Shown here: positions 8,029-16,707 of the stretch, one piece after another
Layout of the letters: every line of letters begins with the position of its first letter
Position numbering within the stretch: position 1 is the stretch's first letter
Assembly: GCA_018260615.1 (NCBI GenBank)
Contig: JAGWDQ010000068.1
Coordinates: 1 to 31,225, forward strand
Length of the DNA stretch: 31,225 nucleotides
Direction: 5' to 3'
Source: Candidatus Altarchaeum sp.
GTDB taxonomy: Archaea > Altiarchaeota > Altiarchaeia > Altiarchaeales > Altiarchaeaceae
Translations under genes and position numbers: made by a program
Notes under the pieces: model-generated
What the model was told of the DNA's origin: nothing
Database searches by the model: none
Seen by the model: the letters and a program-made list of their open reading frames with translations, nothing else

Positions 8029-9315
8029 TTAAATTTCTATTTTGTCCCTGTTATTTAAGAGGAAAATATTTTTATTTATTTTATATCCCTCTTCACATGC
8101 CAAATCCATATATGCCCCCTTCATTTCCGTTGTGCCGTGAGAAGGAATAATAATTTCCGGGTTTAGCAAATTTAACATTCTTCTGTGTTCTTCTTTTGCA
8201 GCGTGCCCGCTGACATGAACATCTCTGAAAATTTTAACCCTGTTTGCCTTAAATTTTGCCTCTAAAATCTGGCGGTTTGCAATATTAACAGCAGTCGGAA
8301 TTATATTTGAAGAAAATATGAGTGAATCGTGTTTATCAAATTTAAAGTCGGAATTGACAATCTTTGACAGCACGGAATTCTCTTCACCCTGATGCCCTGT
8401 TGCCAAAATTAAATAGTCCTCTTTTTTATTTTCAATTGATTTCAGGAAATCCATCACGGAGTTTATTTTTCTGATAAATTTTATCTCTTTTGAAATTTTT
8501 ATGAGTGACAAGTCCTCTGCGCTTTTTAAATTTGATATAAGTGATTTCCCCATTACAATAACCTTTTTGTTAAGTTGCTTTGCCGTTTCAAATACTGTCT
8601 TAAGCCGTTCAATGTGGGTTGAAAATGTTGATACGATAATCAATCCGCTATCGTCATTGGCAAATTTAACTGTATCTTCCACATTTCTGGCGGCAACGGA
8701 TTCCGAAGGTGTTTTTCCTTTTTCATGGGCATTTAACGACTCTGTAATGAATGCTTTGACTCCTTCCTTCCCGATTTGTTTTAATCGTCCGTAATCAACC
8801 TTTGCGATAGTAGAAGCATCATCTAATTTAAAATCATTTGCATAAACAACAACACCTTCTTTTGTGTGTAAAACAACTATTGACGCCTGCGGAATACTGT
8901 GCGTAACTTCAACTAATTCAATGCCAATATTATTTATTTCAACAATTTTTTTATATCCGGTTGGATTAAATTTACCCTCAGGATAGATTCTTCTTCCGAT
9001 TGCGGATGCATAAGGTGTTGCAAATATCGGAACATTGAGATTATTTATTCCCACTGCCCCAATGTGATCCAGATGTCCGTGAGAAATTACCTGTGCAAGT
9101 ACATTTCCTTCAATACAACCCGTATCGGGAATAGCACCGACTTCCGCCAGTCGTTTTTTTTGTTCTGCAACCCGCATTGCTTCCGGCTCCAGGTCATACA
9201 TCTGAAGAACATCTATTCTTATTCCGTTATCTATCACGACATTATCACCTTCCACATTTACAGCAGTCATATTTTTTCCGACTTCGTTATAACCGCCAAC
9301 TGCATAAATTTTCAT
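8029..9315 (-). CDS. rnj: Archaeal ribonuclease J (MBL-fold/beta-CASP)
   Basis: AVGGYNEVGKNMTA, SHGHLDHIGA, VTHSIP, ATGHQGEE, VHVSGHA, PSHG. Confidence 0.92.
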   Translation of the reverse strand: MKIYAVGGYNEVGKNMTAVNVEGDNVVIDNGIRIDVLQMYDLEPEAMRVAEQKKRLAEVGAIPDTGCIEGNVLAQVISHGHLDHIGAVGINNLNVPIFATPYASAIGRRIYPEGKFNPTGYKKIVEINNIGIELVEVTHSIPQASIVVLHTKEGVVVYANDFKLDDASTIAKVDYGRLKQIGKEGVKAFITESLNAHEKGKTPSESVAARNVEDTVKFANDDSGLIIVSTFSTHIERLKTVFETAKQLNKKVIVMGKSLISNLKSAEDLSLIKISKEIKFIRKINSVMDFLKSIENKKEDYLILATGHQGEENSVLSKIVNSDFKFDKHDSLIFSSNIIPTAVNIANRQILEAKFKANRVKIFRDVHVSGHAAKEEHRRMLNLLNPEIIIPSHGTTEMKGAYMDLACEEGYKINKNIFLLNNRDKIEI

Positions 9316-9484
9316 CCTTTAAATTTTAATGTTTTTAACTTTGCTTTAAATTTTTAAATTTTTTCTTTCTTTTCGGAGTGTTTTAAGACATTTTCAAAAT
9401 TTCCCGACAATAAATCGGGAAGAGTATTTCAAAGATTGCCTTTGAAATATTAGAGTAATGATACCTGTTTTTAGATACAAATTT

Positions 9485-9799
9485 TTAACTTTTTAAATTT
9501 TTATCCATCCAGTTAAAAAAGTTATCATCTCCTTTTTCTATGGATATTGAGAATATTGCAGGAATTTCATAAGAATGAATTTTCTTAATCTCTTCCATAA
9601 CTTTTTCTGCCAATTCTTTTCTTGTCTTTATAATCATTGCTACCTCAGTACTCGTTTCAAATTTTCCATTCCATTTGTAGAATGATTTTATAGGAAATGT
9701 GTTGATGCAGGCAGCCAGATTTTTCTCAATTAAATTTTTACTTATATTTTCCGCCTCTTCTTCACCACCAGTAGTTGTATAAACAAGACAATAAGTCAT
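9485..9799 (-). CDS. cutA: Divalent cation tolerance protein CutA
   Basis: LIEKNLAACIN, SFYKWNGK, IKKIHSYEIPAI. Confidence 0.95.
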   Translation of the reverse strand: MTYCLVYTTTGGEEEAENISKNLIEKNLAACINTFPIKSFYKWNGKFETSTEVAMIIKTRKELAEKVMEEIKKIHSYEIPAIFSISIEKGDDNFFNWMDKNLKS

Positions 9800-9869
9800 T
9801 GTAATAAATTTCTGTTTGTAATTATGATTAACATAAAAAATTATTAAAATTTACAAAATTGCACTTATC

Positions 9870-10073
9870 TCATCTGCATTCCTGATAATAAATTTCAACT
9901 ACCTCTTCGGCGAATTGACAATTTTTATCTATTTCTTTCCTTATTGTTTTATAAATCCCTTTTATAATGATTTCTTCCCTGCCGTTACTATAAGGCAAAA
10001 CAGCAATAATGTCGTTGTTGGGATATAAAAGTTCAATCATATCTTTAAACCTGATAGCCGTTAATGTTGTCAT
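9870..10073 (-). CDS. Hypothetical protein
   Basis: 67-aa ATG-initiated ORF, no recognised motif. Confidence 0.4.
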   Translation of the reverse strand: MTTLTAIRFKDMIELLYPNNDIIAVLPYSNGREEIIIKGIYKTIRKEIDKNCQFAEEVVEIYYQECR

Positions 10074-10169
10074 AGTATTTTTTTAGATTAATTTATCAAA
10101 AATTTCCAATCCTATTTGTAATTAATTCATAATTAAGATTAACCCAAAAAATTATTAGCAATATTAACG

Positions 10170-11000
10170 ATGAGTGATATACTGAACGACGGAATAAATT
10201 TCATAATCAATGAATTCACACGGGTTGAATATACTTGGTTTAATACGATTATGTTTGGAATTGTGCTAATCATCGCCTTGTTCCTTGTTATAAAACTAAT
10301 GAAGAAATGGAATATAGAGATAGATAAAAATTTTGTTTTTGCTTTACTTCCGTTTATCCTTTTTGGTTCCACGATGCGGGCGTTGGCAGATGCAGAAATT
10401 TATCCGAACAGACCGGATGTGTTGGCGTTTTTCTTCATTGCCCCGGGGATATATTTTACAATATTCCTGATTACAATTGCATCTTTGCTTATCGGGCTTT
10501 ACATTTTTAAGAAAAAATATTATAAATTTATGCTTGTTGCAGGATGTCTTTTGTTCGGATTAAATTTAGTCCTGATTGCGATGTTTTTGTATTCTCATTC
10601 TGCAACTGCAAATTTTGGCGTGTTTGTTGTTTTTTTGATTTTTGCTATGTGCGTAATTGTCATTTATGCACTTATGAAATTAAATTTTTTTAAATTTTCA
10701 AATTTTTTAAGATATGAAAAGAATTACATTATCGTATTGGCACATTTATTTGACGCTTCAACAACATACATCGGAATTGCCTTCTTTGGTTACTTTGAAA
10801 AGCATGTGCTTCCGTCTGCGGCGATTGAAATTTTTTCACCTGCAATTATGTTTGTGTTAAAGCTTATTGTAATTCCAGCCCTTTATTTTATAGACCAGAT
10901 AGATGACAAGACAACGAGAAGGATGATTAAAATCGTGATATTTATACTTGGAATTTCTCCGGCAATAAGAAATTTTACCAGAATTTTGTTAGGGGTCTAA
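10170..11000 (+). CDS. DUF63-family archaeal membrane protein
   Basis: YTWFNT, PFILFGSTMRALAD, APGIYF, AHLFDASTTYIG, EKHVLP, LGISPAIRN. Confidence 0.85.
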   Translation: MSDILNDGINFIINEFTRVEYTWFNTIMFGIVLIIALFLVIKLMKKWNIEIDKNFVFALLPFILFGSTMRALADAEIYPNRPDVLAFFFIAPGIYFTIFLITIASLLIGLYIFKKKYYKFMLVAGCLLFGLNLVLIAMFLYSHSATANFGVFVVFLIFAMCVIVIYALMKLNFFKFSNFLRYEKNYIIVLAHLFDASTTYIGIAFFGYFEKHVLPSAAIEIFSPAIMFVLKLIVIPALYFIDQIDDKTTRRMIKIVIFILGISPAIRNFTRILLGV

Positions 11001-11002
11001 AA
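10951..11002 (+). repeat. Left direct repeat of island (3' end of the DUF63 gene)
   Basis: 52 bp matching 15370-15420 with 2 substitutions and 1 indel; the 23-bp core AGAATTTTGTTAGGGGTCTAAAA (10980-11002) is identical to 15398-15420. Confidence 0.9.
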
Positions 11003-11176
11003 TTTGGGCTTAAAAATTACATTTTAAAATTTAAATTTAAAATTTAAGCAAGGATTGACTATATTTCCTAAAAAGATGCCTGCACAAATGCAAAGCAAAA
11101 CCCCCGGATCAAGTATTTCTTAAAAATAAGTATCCAAAATTCGATCTTTTTTATTTTACTTCTTCAAGCCAATGGC

Positions 11177-11263
11177 GTATAACGGTTCGAGCATATCTGA
11201 AGTCCAGCTTGCTAAATTTGGGCGAAATGCTGTAGGCACGGAGTCAGATACGCTCTGTTAAGT
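11177..11263 (-). other. attC-like recombination site 1
   Basis: Minus strand: ACTTAAC (RYYYAAC) A GAGCGTATCTGA ... TCAGATATGCTC GAACC GTTATAC; 87-bp imperfect palindrome downstream of the HEPN gene. Confidence 0.75.
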
Positions 11264-11326
11264 GACCCAAGCGATAGTAAGGGCGGGCAACCCAAAGGGT
11301 TGCGAGGAGTCGGAGCAATTGCATAT

Positions 11327-11761
11327 TTACATACCCTGTGATTTTAATATGGTTTGAGTTTTAGCAAGTAATTTTTTGGCGTTTTCTACAGTGATTTTGG
11401 CACTCTCCTCATCATAAGTCAGGCCATAATCTGCTTCATGCCTAAGGTCCATACTCATCTCAAGATTATCTGCAAACTCATGTTCCAATTCATTTGTTCT
11501 GACGTATAACTCCCTAATGGCAATTAGCAGACAATTGTGGCTTTTTTCTCTATATCCCTTTTTAAAGACAAGTGCTTTTGCTGCGTGGAACATTGAGTAG
11601 TATGCCTGCACTGATGCCCATTTATAATCCTCATTATGCAGACTTTCTTCTGCTCGCATCAAATCATATTCAGCTCCATATAATTCCTTTTCTATCATTT
11701 CGTCAGAGGCATTTATCCGAATAAGGCGTCTTTCCTCTATGCATTTTTCAAATTCGTTCAT
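11327..11761 (-). CDS. HEPN-domain protein (toxin of an MNT-HEPN pair)
   Basis: AYYSMFHAAKAL, KSH, LRHEADY. Confidence 0.88.
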   Translation of the reverse strand: MNEFEKCIEERRLIRINASDEMIEKELYGAEYDLMRAEESLHNEDYKWASVQAYYSMFHAAKALVFKKGYREKSHNCLLIAIRELYVRTNELEHEFADNLEMSMDLRHEADYGLTYDEESAKITVENAKKLLAKTQTILKSQGM

Positions 11762-11762
11762 T

Positions 11763-12317
11763 TTAATCGCGCCACAATACCATTCCTTTATTCACTTCCG
11801 CATAAAAAGCAATATCATTATTCTTCAAATTAACGAAGCCGTGGGGCGATAATATTATTGGTTTAAGTTTTCTGCCGCCCACGCTTGCGCCTTTCAAAAT
11901 TTTCTTAATCTCTTCCACATCCTCTGTTATTACCAGGATGTCTATGTCGCTATCCAACGTATCCTCACCCATCGCACAACTTCCAAATAAAATTATTTTC
12001 TTGGACATATTTTTAATATCCTTTAGAATATCATTCAGTTCTTGGACATTTATGAATATCTTGAAATGTGCTATGGCAGGATTTCCAATCCTTATTTTGT
12101 AGTACTGATTCCGTCCGCTCTTTTCCATGTCGACTAATTCCATGTTAAACAATTCTTTCAAAACTTTATGGCATCCGCCGAGGCTATTTTGATTCAATCT
12201 TGCGATTTCGCGCACGTAATATTGTTTATTCGGTGAGCGTGATAAATATGCCAATACCTTGATTGCCAGCGGACTCAAATTCAATTTTTTGAACATATGT
12301 TCGTTATTTTGAACCAT
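11763..12317 (-). CDS. HTH-fused minimal nucleotidyltransferase (MNT antitoxin)
   Basis: N-terminal wHTH (YYVREIARL) plus LFGSCAMGEDTLDSDIDIL (GSx10DxD). Confidence 0.88.
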   Translation of the reverse strand: MVQNNEHMFKKLNLSPLAIKVLAYLSRSPNKQYYVREIARLNQNSLGGCHKVLKELFNMELVDMEKSGRNQYYKIRIGNPAIAHFKIFINVQELNDILKDIKNMSKKIILFGSCAMGEDTLDSDIDILVITEDVEEIKKILKGASVGGRKLKPIILSPHGFVNLKNNDIAFYAEVNKGMVLWRD

Positions 12318-12423
12318 GATAATACCTTTTTCTTGTTCTTATAAATCCATCTGTTGATATTCTTCAAACCATTTAATGGGTTCTTTCATTTTATTACCTC
12401 AAATATATTAAAGCTGCTATTTC

Positions 12424-12477
12424 ATATAACGGTTTGCGGCTATGCGCCGTTTTAATGGCGTATAGCCGCTGTTAGGC
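12424..12477 (-). other. attC-like recombination site 2
   Basis: Minus strand: GCCTAAC A GCGGCTATACGCC ATTAAAAC GGCGCATAGCCGC AAACC GTTATAT; begins 6 nt after the ATPase stop codon. Confidence 0.88.
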
Positions 12478-12483
12478 GGCGTA

Positions 12484-14013
12484 TTAACTTATTTTGTTTT
12501 TGATAAAATCTCTCATTAGTTTTATTGATTCTTGGAGTTGTTCAAAGTTGAATCTATTATTTAAAGTATTTTCAGGATGATGAATTTGGTGTCTGATAAA
12601 TTCACTTAACACTATATTATCTTCTTCAATTATTTTTCCATTTTTTTCACGTTTATACTTTAAAGTGTGTTTGCCATTTTTATACTCATTTAGTTTACCT
12701 TCACTTTCGATGTACCCATAAAGTTCGTTATGATATTCTTCGTCAGCTTCTCCAAAAGCTAAGAAATTAACTTCATTTAAAGATTGATATGGTAATTTAT
12801 TTTTTTCAATATTTATTACTTCAACTATTCCATTTTCTTTTTTAAGGAGTTTTAATTGCTCAAATTCTAAAAGTTTAACAATTGCGGGACTATGAGTAGT
12901 TAATATTATTTGAGTGTTATTAGCATTTGACAATGATTTAAAAGCTTCGATTAACATTCTTTGATGTTTAGGATGCTGGGAGGTTTCTGGTTCTTCAATT
13001 CCATAAATGATATTAGGGACATTTTTTTCCTGTTGTCTTCTTTCTGCTTCAGCTCTAAAAAAATTGAGTAATACAAGACGCTTTATTCCACTACCTCGCT
13101 TATTGATAGGTATATTTTCATCTCCCGAAATCGAAACACCTTTAAATACATCTACCCATTTTAAATTCTCTGCTTGTGGAATGACAGGATTAAGGCTATT
13201 AGCAACTTCTGGGTTCATTTCCCGGAGTTTTTTCAATGTTCTATCAGAAACCTCTTTCAATTTATTCTCTACTTCATTGGCAATTTCATTAAATTTTATT
13301 CTAATATTTTCATTGCTTAATATCTGTTTTACTGCTTCCTTTAAAGGGTCTTGTATTTCATTATCACCATCACTATTCTTACGGTCAGACTGAAAAAGAG
13401 CATATAAAGGCATATAGTTTTTAAGCTGTTCCCAAATATTTTTAGCATCTTCTTTTGATACATCAATCTCAATTTCATTTAATTGCAAATTATTAAAATT
13501 ATTCCAAATTTCTTTTCTGATTACAGCGTTTTTAGTTTTGTCTTCACAATCTAATTTATTTGTTTCAAGTATCTTTTTAAGTTCGGTATTTTTCTTTAAC
13601 AATAAATCTGAGCAAGCTGGATTAGTTGGGTGTTTTGCTTTAATGAAAACTTTTTCTTTACCACCGTTGGGATATTTTTTAATTATTTCTAACTGCCCAT
13701 CGGAATTAAGAAGAAATTCATCTTTTAGGTTTGTAGGATTTGTTGCGTCTATAGTAATAGTATCCGGCAAATCATCAAAAACCACAGATATTTTTATTTC
13801 TTCATTTCCATCGTCTCTGGCGAATTTATTTACATCATTTGAATCAATTTTAATTGTGCCTTTGCCTTCATTAAAGAAAATATCCAATGCTTCTAATATT
13901 GACGATTTACCAATATCATTTTTACCTACAAAAGTGGTTAAATTACCAAATTCAAAAACAGTCTCTTCTTTGTAAGCTCTAAAGTTCTCTAGTTTTAGTT
14001 TTTTTATTTTCAT
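12484..14013 (-). CDS. ABC/AAA_15-type (OLD-like) ATPase with a C-terminal RxxxxH HEPN-like domain; putative defence protein on a gene cassette
   Basis: Walker A GKNDIGKS, signature RGSG, Walker B/D-loop IEEPETSQHP, H-loop TTHSP; no TOPRIM motif seen; C-terminal IRHQIHHPEN. Confidence 0.8.
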   Translation of the reverse strand: MKIKKLKLENFRAYKEETVFEFGNLTTFVGKNDIGKSSILEALDIFFNEGKGTIKIDSNDVNKFARDDGNEEIKISVVFDDLPDTITIDATNPTNLKDEFLLNSDGQLEIIKKYPNGGKEKVFIKAKHPTNPACSDLLLKKNTELKKILETNKLDCEDKTKNAVIRKEIWNNFNNLQLNEIEIDVSKEDAKNIWEQLKNYMPLYALFQSDRKNSDGDNEIQDPLKEAVKQILSNENIRIKFNEIANEVENKLKEVSDRTLKKLREMNPEVANSLNPVIPQAENLKWVDVFKGVSISGDENIPINKRGSGIKRLVLLNFFRAEAERRQQEKNVPNIIYGIEEPETSQHPKHQRMLIEAFKSLSNANNTQIILTTHSPAIVKLLEFEQLKLLKKENGIVEVINIEKNKLPYQSLNEVNFLAFGEADEEYHNELYGYIESEGKLNEYKNGKHTLKYKREKNGKIIEEDNIVLSEFIRHQIHHPENTLNNRFNFEQLQESIKLMRDFIKNKIS

Positions 14014-14035
14014 AATTTTATCCTCTTAATATGCC

Positions 14036-14159
14036 GCCTAACTGATTATATCCGCAGTTATTGCGTATATCATCCTGATTTAGCATGATATCTGCATTGC
14101 ACATATGACTCCAATTTGACAGCATATCCGCAGTTATTGCGTATATTCTCATTTTAGAT
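14036..14159 (-). other. Degenerate attC-like (or attI-like) site 3 supplying the GTTAGGC core of the ATPase cassette
   Basis: Minus strand: ATCTAAA ATGAGA ATATACGCA ... TGCGGATAT AATCA GTTAGGC; contains a 23-bp direct repeat ATATCCGCAGTTATTGCGTATAT at 14048-14070 and 14124-14146. Confidence 0.65.
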
Positions 14160-14390
14160 GTTCTTGTTTATCATTTGACATCAATGTACATCCTCGTCTC
14201 TAAGTTTTAGAGATGCCTTAGGTGGGCTTTTTATTAACGATGGATGGAATGCACGAGTATTATCCACCGGCACAGCATGTGATTTCTTAGTGCACATATT
14301 AAATAAAATAAAATATCAATAAAAATTTCTCTTTATATATTATTGATAAATACAAATATAATTAAAAATACAAATGCAAATATTCTGTAA

Positions 14391-14433
14391 TTTCAAAACA
14401 CGTTTTTAAAATCTCCGAACTATAGTAAGATGA
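14391..14433. repeat. REP-like repeat (family A, degenerate)
   Basis: TTTCAAAACACGTTTTTAAAATCTCCGAACTATAGTAAGATGA. Confidence 0.55.
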
Positions 14434-14593
14434 TTATTAAAATTTAGCAACAAATCAAAATTTATAACATCAAAATTTATAAAACATCATATCCAAAAAT
14501 TAATTTGTTTAAAAATGTCGGATTCACCCCGACTTAAGAGTAAAATTTCTTACATTTAATTTTCAAAAGATTTAATAGAAGAGTATAAATAAA

Positions 14594-14938
14594 ATGCACG
14601 CAACGAACTTCAGAAAGAAAACATTTATAGTTGGGATAAAGGATGATATTTTGAAATGCCTTAATGAAGTAGGAGTATCTGTAAAAAAGGTAATACTTTT
14701 TGGTTCAAGAGCAAGAGGGGATTACACAAAACACAGTGACTATGACTTTCTTATAATTACTGAGAAGAGATATACATTCAAAGAAAAGATAGAAATTTCA
14801 GGTAAGATTAGAAAACTTTTTGTTCGGTTTCATATTCCAAGCGATATAATAATAAAATCCGATGATGAAGTAGAATACCTTAAAGATAAGATCGGAAGTG
14901 TTATAAGGTTAGCATTAAAAGAAGGCATTACAATATGA
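14594..14938 (+). CDS. Minimal nucleotidyltransferase (MNT antitoxin)
   Basis: VILFGSRARGDYTKHSDYDFL. Confidence 0.9.
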   Translation: MHATNFRKKTFIVGIKDDILKCLNEVGVSVKKVILFGSRARGDYTKHSDYDFLIITEKRYTFKEKIEISGKIRKLFVRFHIPSDIIIKSDDEVEYLKDKIGSVIRLALKEGITI

Positions 14939-15321
14939 TGGATGAATACATTAAAAAGTGGATTATAAAGGCATTAGAAGACTTTAAAGTTGCAAAACAC
15001 GAATTATCTTTCCCGGATGAAGAAGTTTCTACGGGTGCCGTCTGTTTTCACTGTCAACAGGTTGTGGAAAAATTATTGAAAGCATATCTCATATCTAAAA
15101 ACAGGGATTTTGGACGAACTCATGATTTGACATATCTTGCAGATTTATGTTCAGATTATGATAAAGATTTCAAAAAGTTCGATTTGGAAGAGTTAACATA
15201 TTATGCCGTAGAAATCAGATACCCTGATGAATTTTACATTCCCTCTATTGAAGAAACAAGAGAATGTTTTGAGATTGCTTCAAAGGTTAAGGACTTTGTT
15301 TTCCACAAGATGGGAATATAG
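14935..15321 (+). CDS. HEPN-domain protein
   Basis: WIIKALEDF, CFHCQQVVEKLLKAYL, RTHDL, YAVEIRYP; 4-nt overlap with the MNT gene. Confidence 0.9.
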   Translation: MMDEYIKKWIIKALEDFKVAKHELSFPDEEVSTGAVCFHCQQVVEKLLKAYLISKNRDFGRTHDLTYLADLCSDYDKDFKKFDLEELTYYAVEIRYPDEFYIPSIEETRECFEIASKVKDFVFHKMGI

Positions 15322-15369
15322 TCATTTTATTAACTTTTTGCACAGGTAAATTTTTATAGCCCGTTTTCA

Positions 15370-15420
15370 GAATTTCTCCAGCAATAAAAATTTTACGAGA
15401 ATTTTGTTAGGGGTCTAAAA
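15370..15420 (+). repeat. Right direct repeat of island (orphan copy of the DUF63 3' end)
   Basis: Matches 10951-11002, including the GTCTAA stop codon. Confidence 0.9.
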
Positions 15421-15424
15421 AATA

Positions 15425-15472
15425 CTCACACAAAGCCACAGTGTCTAATTGCCCCTTGTGTCTCCGTGTGAG
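15425..15472. repeat. Hairpin repeat (family B)
   Basis: CTCACACAAAGCCACAG...CTTGTGTCTCCGTGTGAG with inverted CTCACAC/GTGTGAG ends; homologue at 16708-16762. Confidence 0.75.
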
Positions 15473-15568
15473 GCTCATGAAAATCATATACTTTATAAAA
15501 CTGTGAAAAATTTTAAATTATAAAAATTTAGAAACAAATCAAAATTTATAATATTAAATTTTATTAAA

Positions 15569-16237
15569 ATGAAAATTTTTTTGGATACTGCAAATATTGA
15601 GCAGATAAAACAGATGTATGAATTAGGCATTGTTGACGGAGTAACAACAAATCCGACACTTGTTGCGAAAGAAAAGGGAAAATTTAAAAATTTAAGCGAG
15701 TTAATAGGAACAATTTGTGATATTGTCAAAGGCCCTGTAAGTGTGGAGGCAATAAGTGACGATGCGGAAGGAATTGTAAGCGAGGCGGAAAAATTTTCCA
15801 AAATTTCAAAATATATTGTGGTTAAAGTGCCAATGACAAAAGAGGGCTTAAAGGCGGTAAAAATTTTAAGCGGGAAGAACATTAAGACAAATATGACCTT
15901 AATATTTTCTGCAAATCAGGCATTGCTCGCTGCAAAGGCAGGTGCAAATTATGTAAGTCCCTTTATCGGAAGATTAGATGATATAAGTCACGAAGGAATG
16001 CAGGTAATTGAAGATATTCAGGAAATTTTTTCAAATTATGCTTTTAATACGGAAGTTATAGTTGCAAGTATCAGGCATCCTTTACATGTGCTGGAAGCGG
16101 CAAAGATCGGAGCGGATGTAGCAACAATTCCTTTTGATGTTTTGGATAAGATGCTCAGGCACCCTTTAACTGATATTGGAATAGAGAAATTTAAGGCGGA
16201 CTTTGAGAAGGTTAAGGATGCGTATAAAATAAAATAA
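15569..16237 (+). CDS. tal: Transaldolase / fructose-6-phosphate aldolase family (short form)
   Basis: [28 protein letters not shown] (Schiff-base Lys), [17 protein letters not shown]. Confidence 0.92.
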   Translation: MKIFLDTANIEQIKQMYELGIVDGVTTNPTLVAKEKGKFKNLSELIGTICDIVKGPVSVEAISDDAEGIVSEAEKFSKISKYIVVKVPMTKEGLKAVKILSGKNIKTNMTLIFSANQALLAAKAGANYVSPFIGRLDDISHEGMQVIEDIQEIFSNYAFNTEVIVASIRHPLHVLEAAKIGADVATIPFDVLDKMLRHPLTDIGIEKFKADFEKVKDAYKIK

Positions 16238-16289
16238 GATATAAAATTTTAATTCAAATCATAATTATTGTAAAATTTAATTTTTTAAA

Positions 16290-16691
16290 ATGTCTGTTGT
16301 AGAATTTAGAGCGTCTAAAATAGAGGGGGAAAGAACCGAGGACTTTGAGAAATTTAAGGATGAAATAAGTTTGGGCTATGATTTTAAACCGCTGGGAGTA
16401 ACCCGTGAAAAAAACGAAAAATTCGGTGATTATTTAAGAGTAAAATTTGAATTCGGCGTAAAGTATTCTCCCGATGTCGGAAATTTAAAGATAGAAGGAA
16501 GTGTTGCGTATAAAATAGAAGACGAAAAGGCGGACTTTGCAGAGGATAAAGGTGAAATCAAACTTTCAAAAGAGGTGTATCAAAGGGTTTCAAATACAAT
16601 CATGAAGATGTCGCTTATAGAATTGTTCAGCATAGCGAGGAGTTTGTATCTTCCTGTTCCGTTTGACCTTCCGAGAATAAATTTCAAATAA
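16290..16691 (+). CDS. Conserved-looking hypothetical archaeal protein
   Basis: 133-aa ORF with host-like composition and beta-rich pattern; family not confidently named. Confidence 0.6.
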   Translation: MSVVEFRASKIEGERTEDFEKFKDEISLGYDFKPLGVTREKNEKFGDYLRVKFEFGVKYSPDVGNLKIEGSVAYKIEDEKADFAEDKGEIKLSKEVYQRVSNTIMKMSLIELFSIARSLYLPVPFDLPRINFK

Positions 16692-16707
16692 AAAAATCAG
16701 AAGAATG

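Larger units (their letters stand above)
11003..15369. mobile_element. Integrated island carrying an integron-like cassette array (CALIN-like) and two MNT-HEPN pairs
   Basis: Bounded by direct repeats; contains three attC-like sites and only accessory genes; no integrase ORF. Confidence 0.75.

Noticed and set aside
9401-9421. Hairpin TTCCCGA-CAATAAA-TCGGGAA between cutA and rnj as a terminator or riboswitch
   Set aside because: A 7-bp stem only, with no supporting motif; may be another REP fragment
10987-10993. GTTAGGG inside the island direct repeat as an IntI secondary site
   Set aside because: It lies on the strand opposite to the cassettes and is too short to distinguish from chance
11003-15369. 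Integron integrase or transposase within the island
   Set aside because: No ORF with tyrosine-recombinase R-H-R-Y or DDE motifs; I translated 14160-14340 in six frames and recognised nothing
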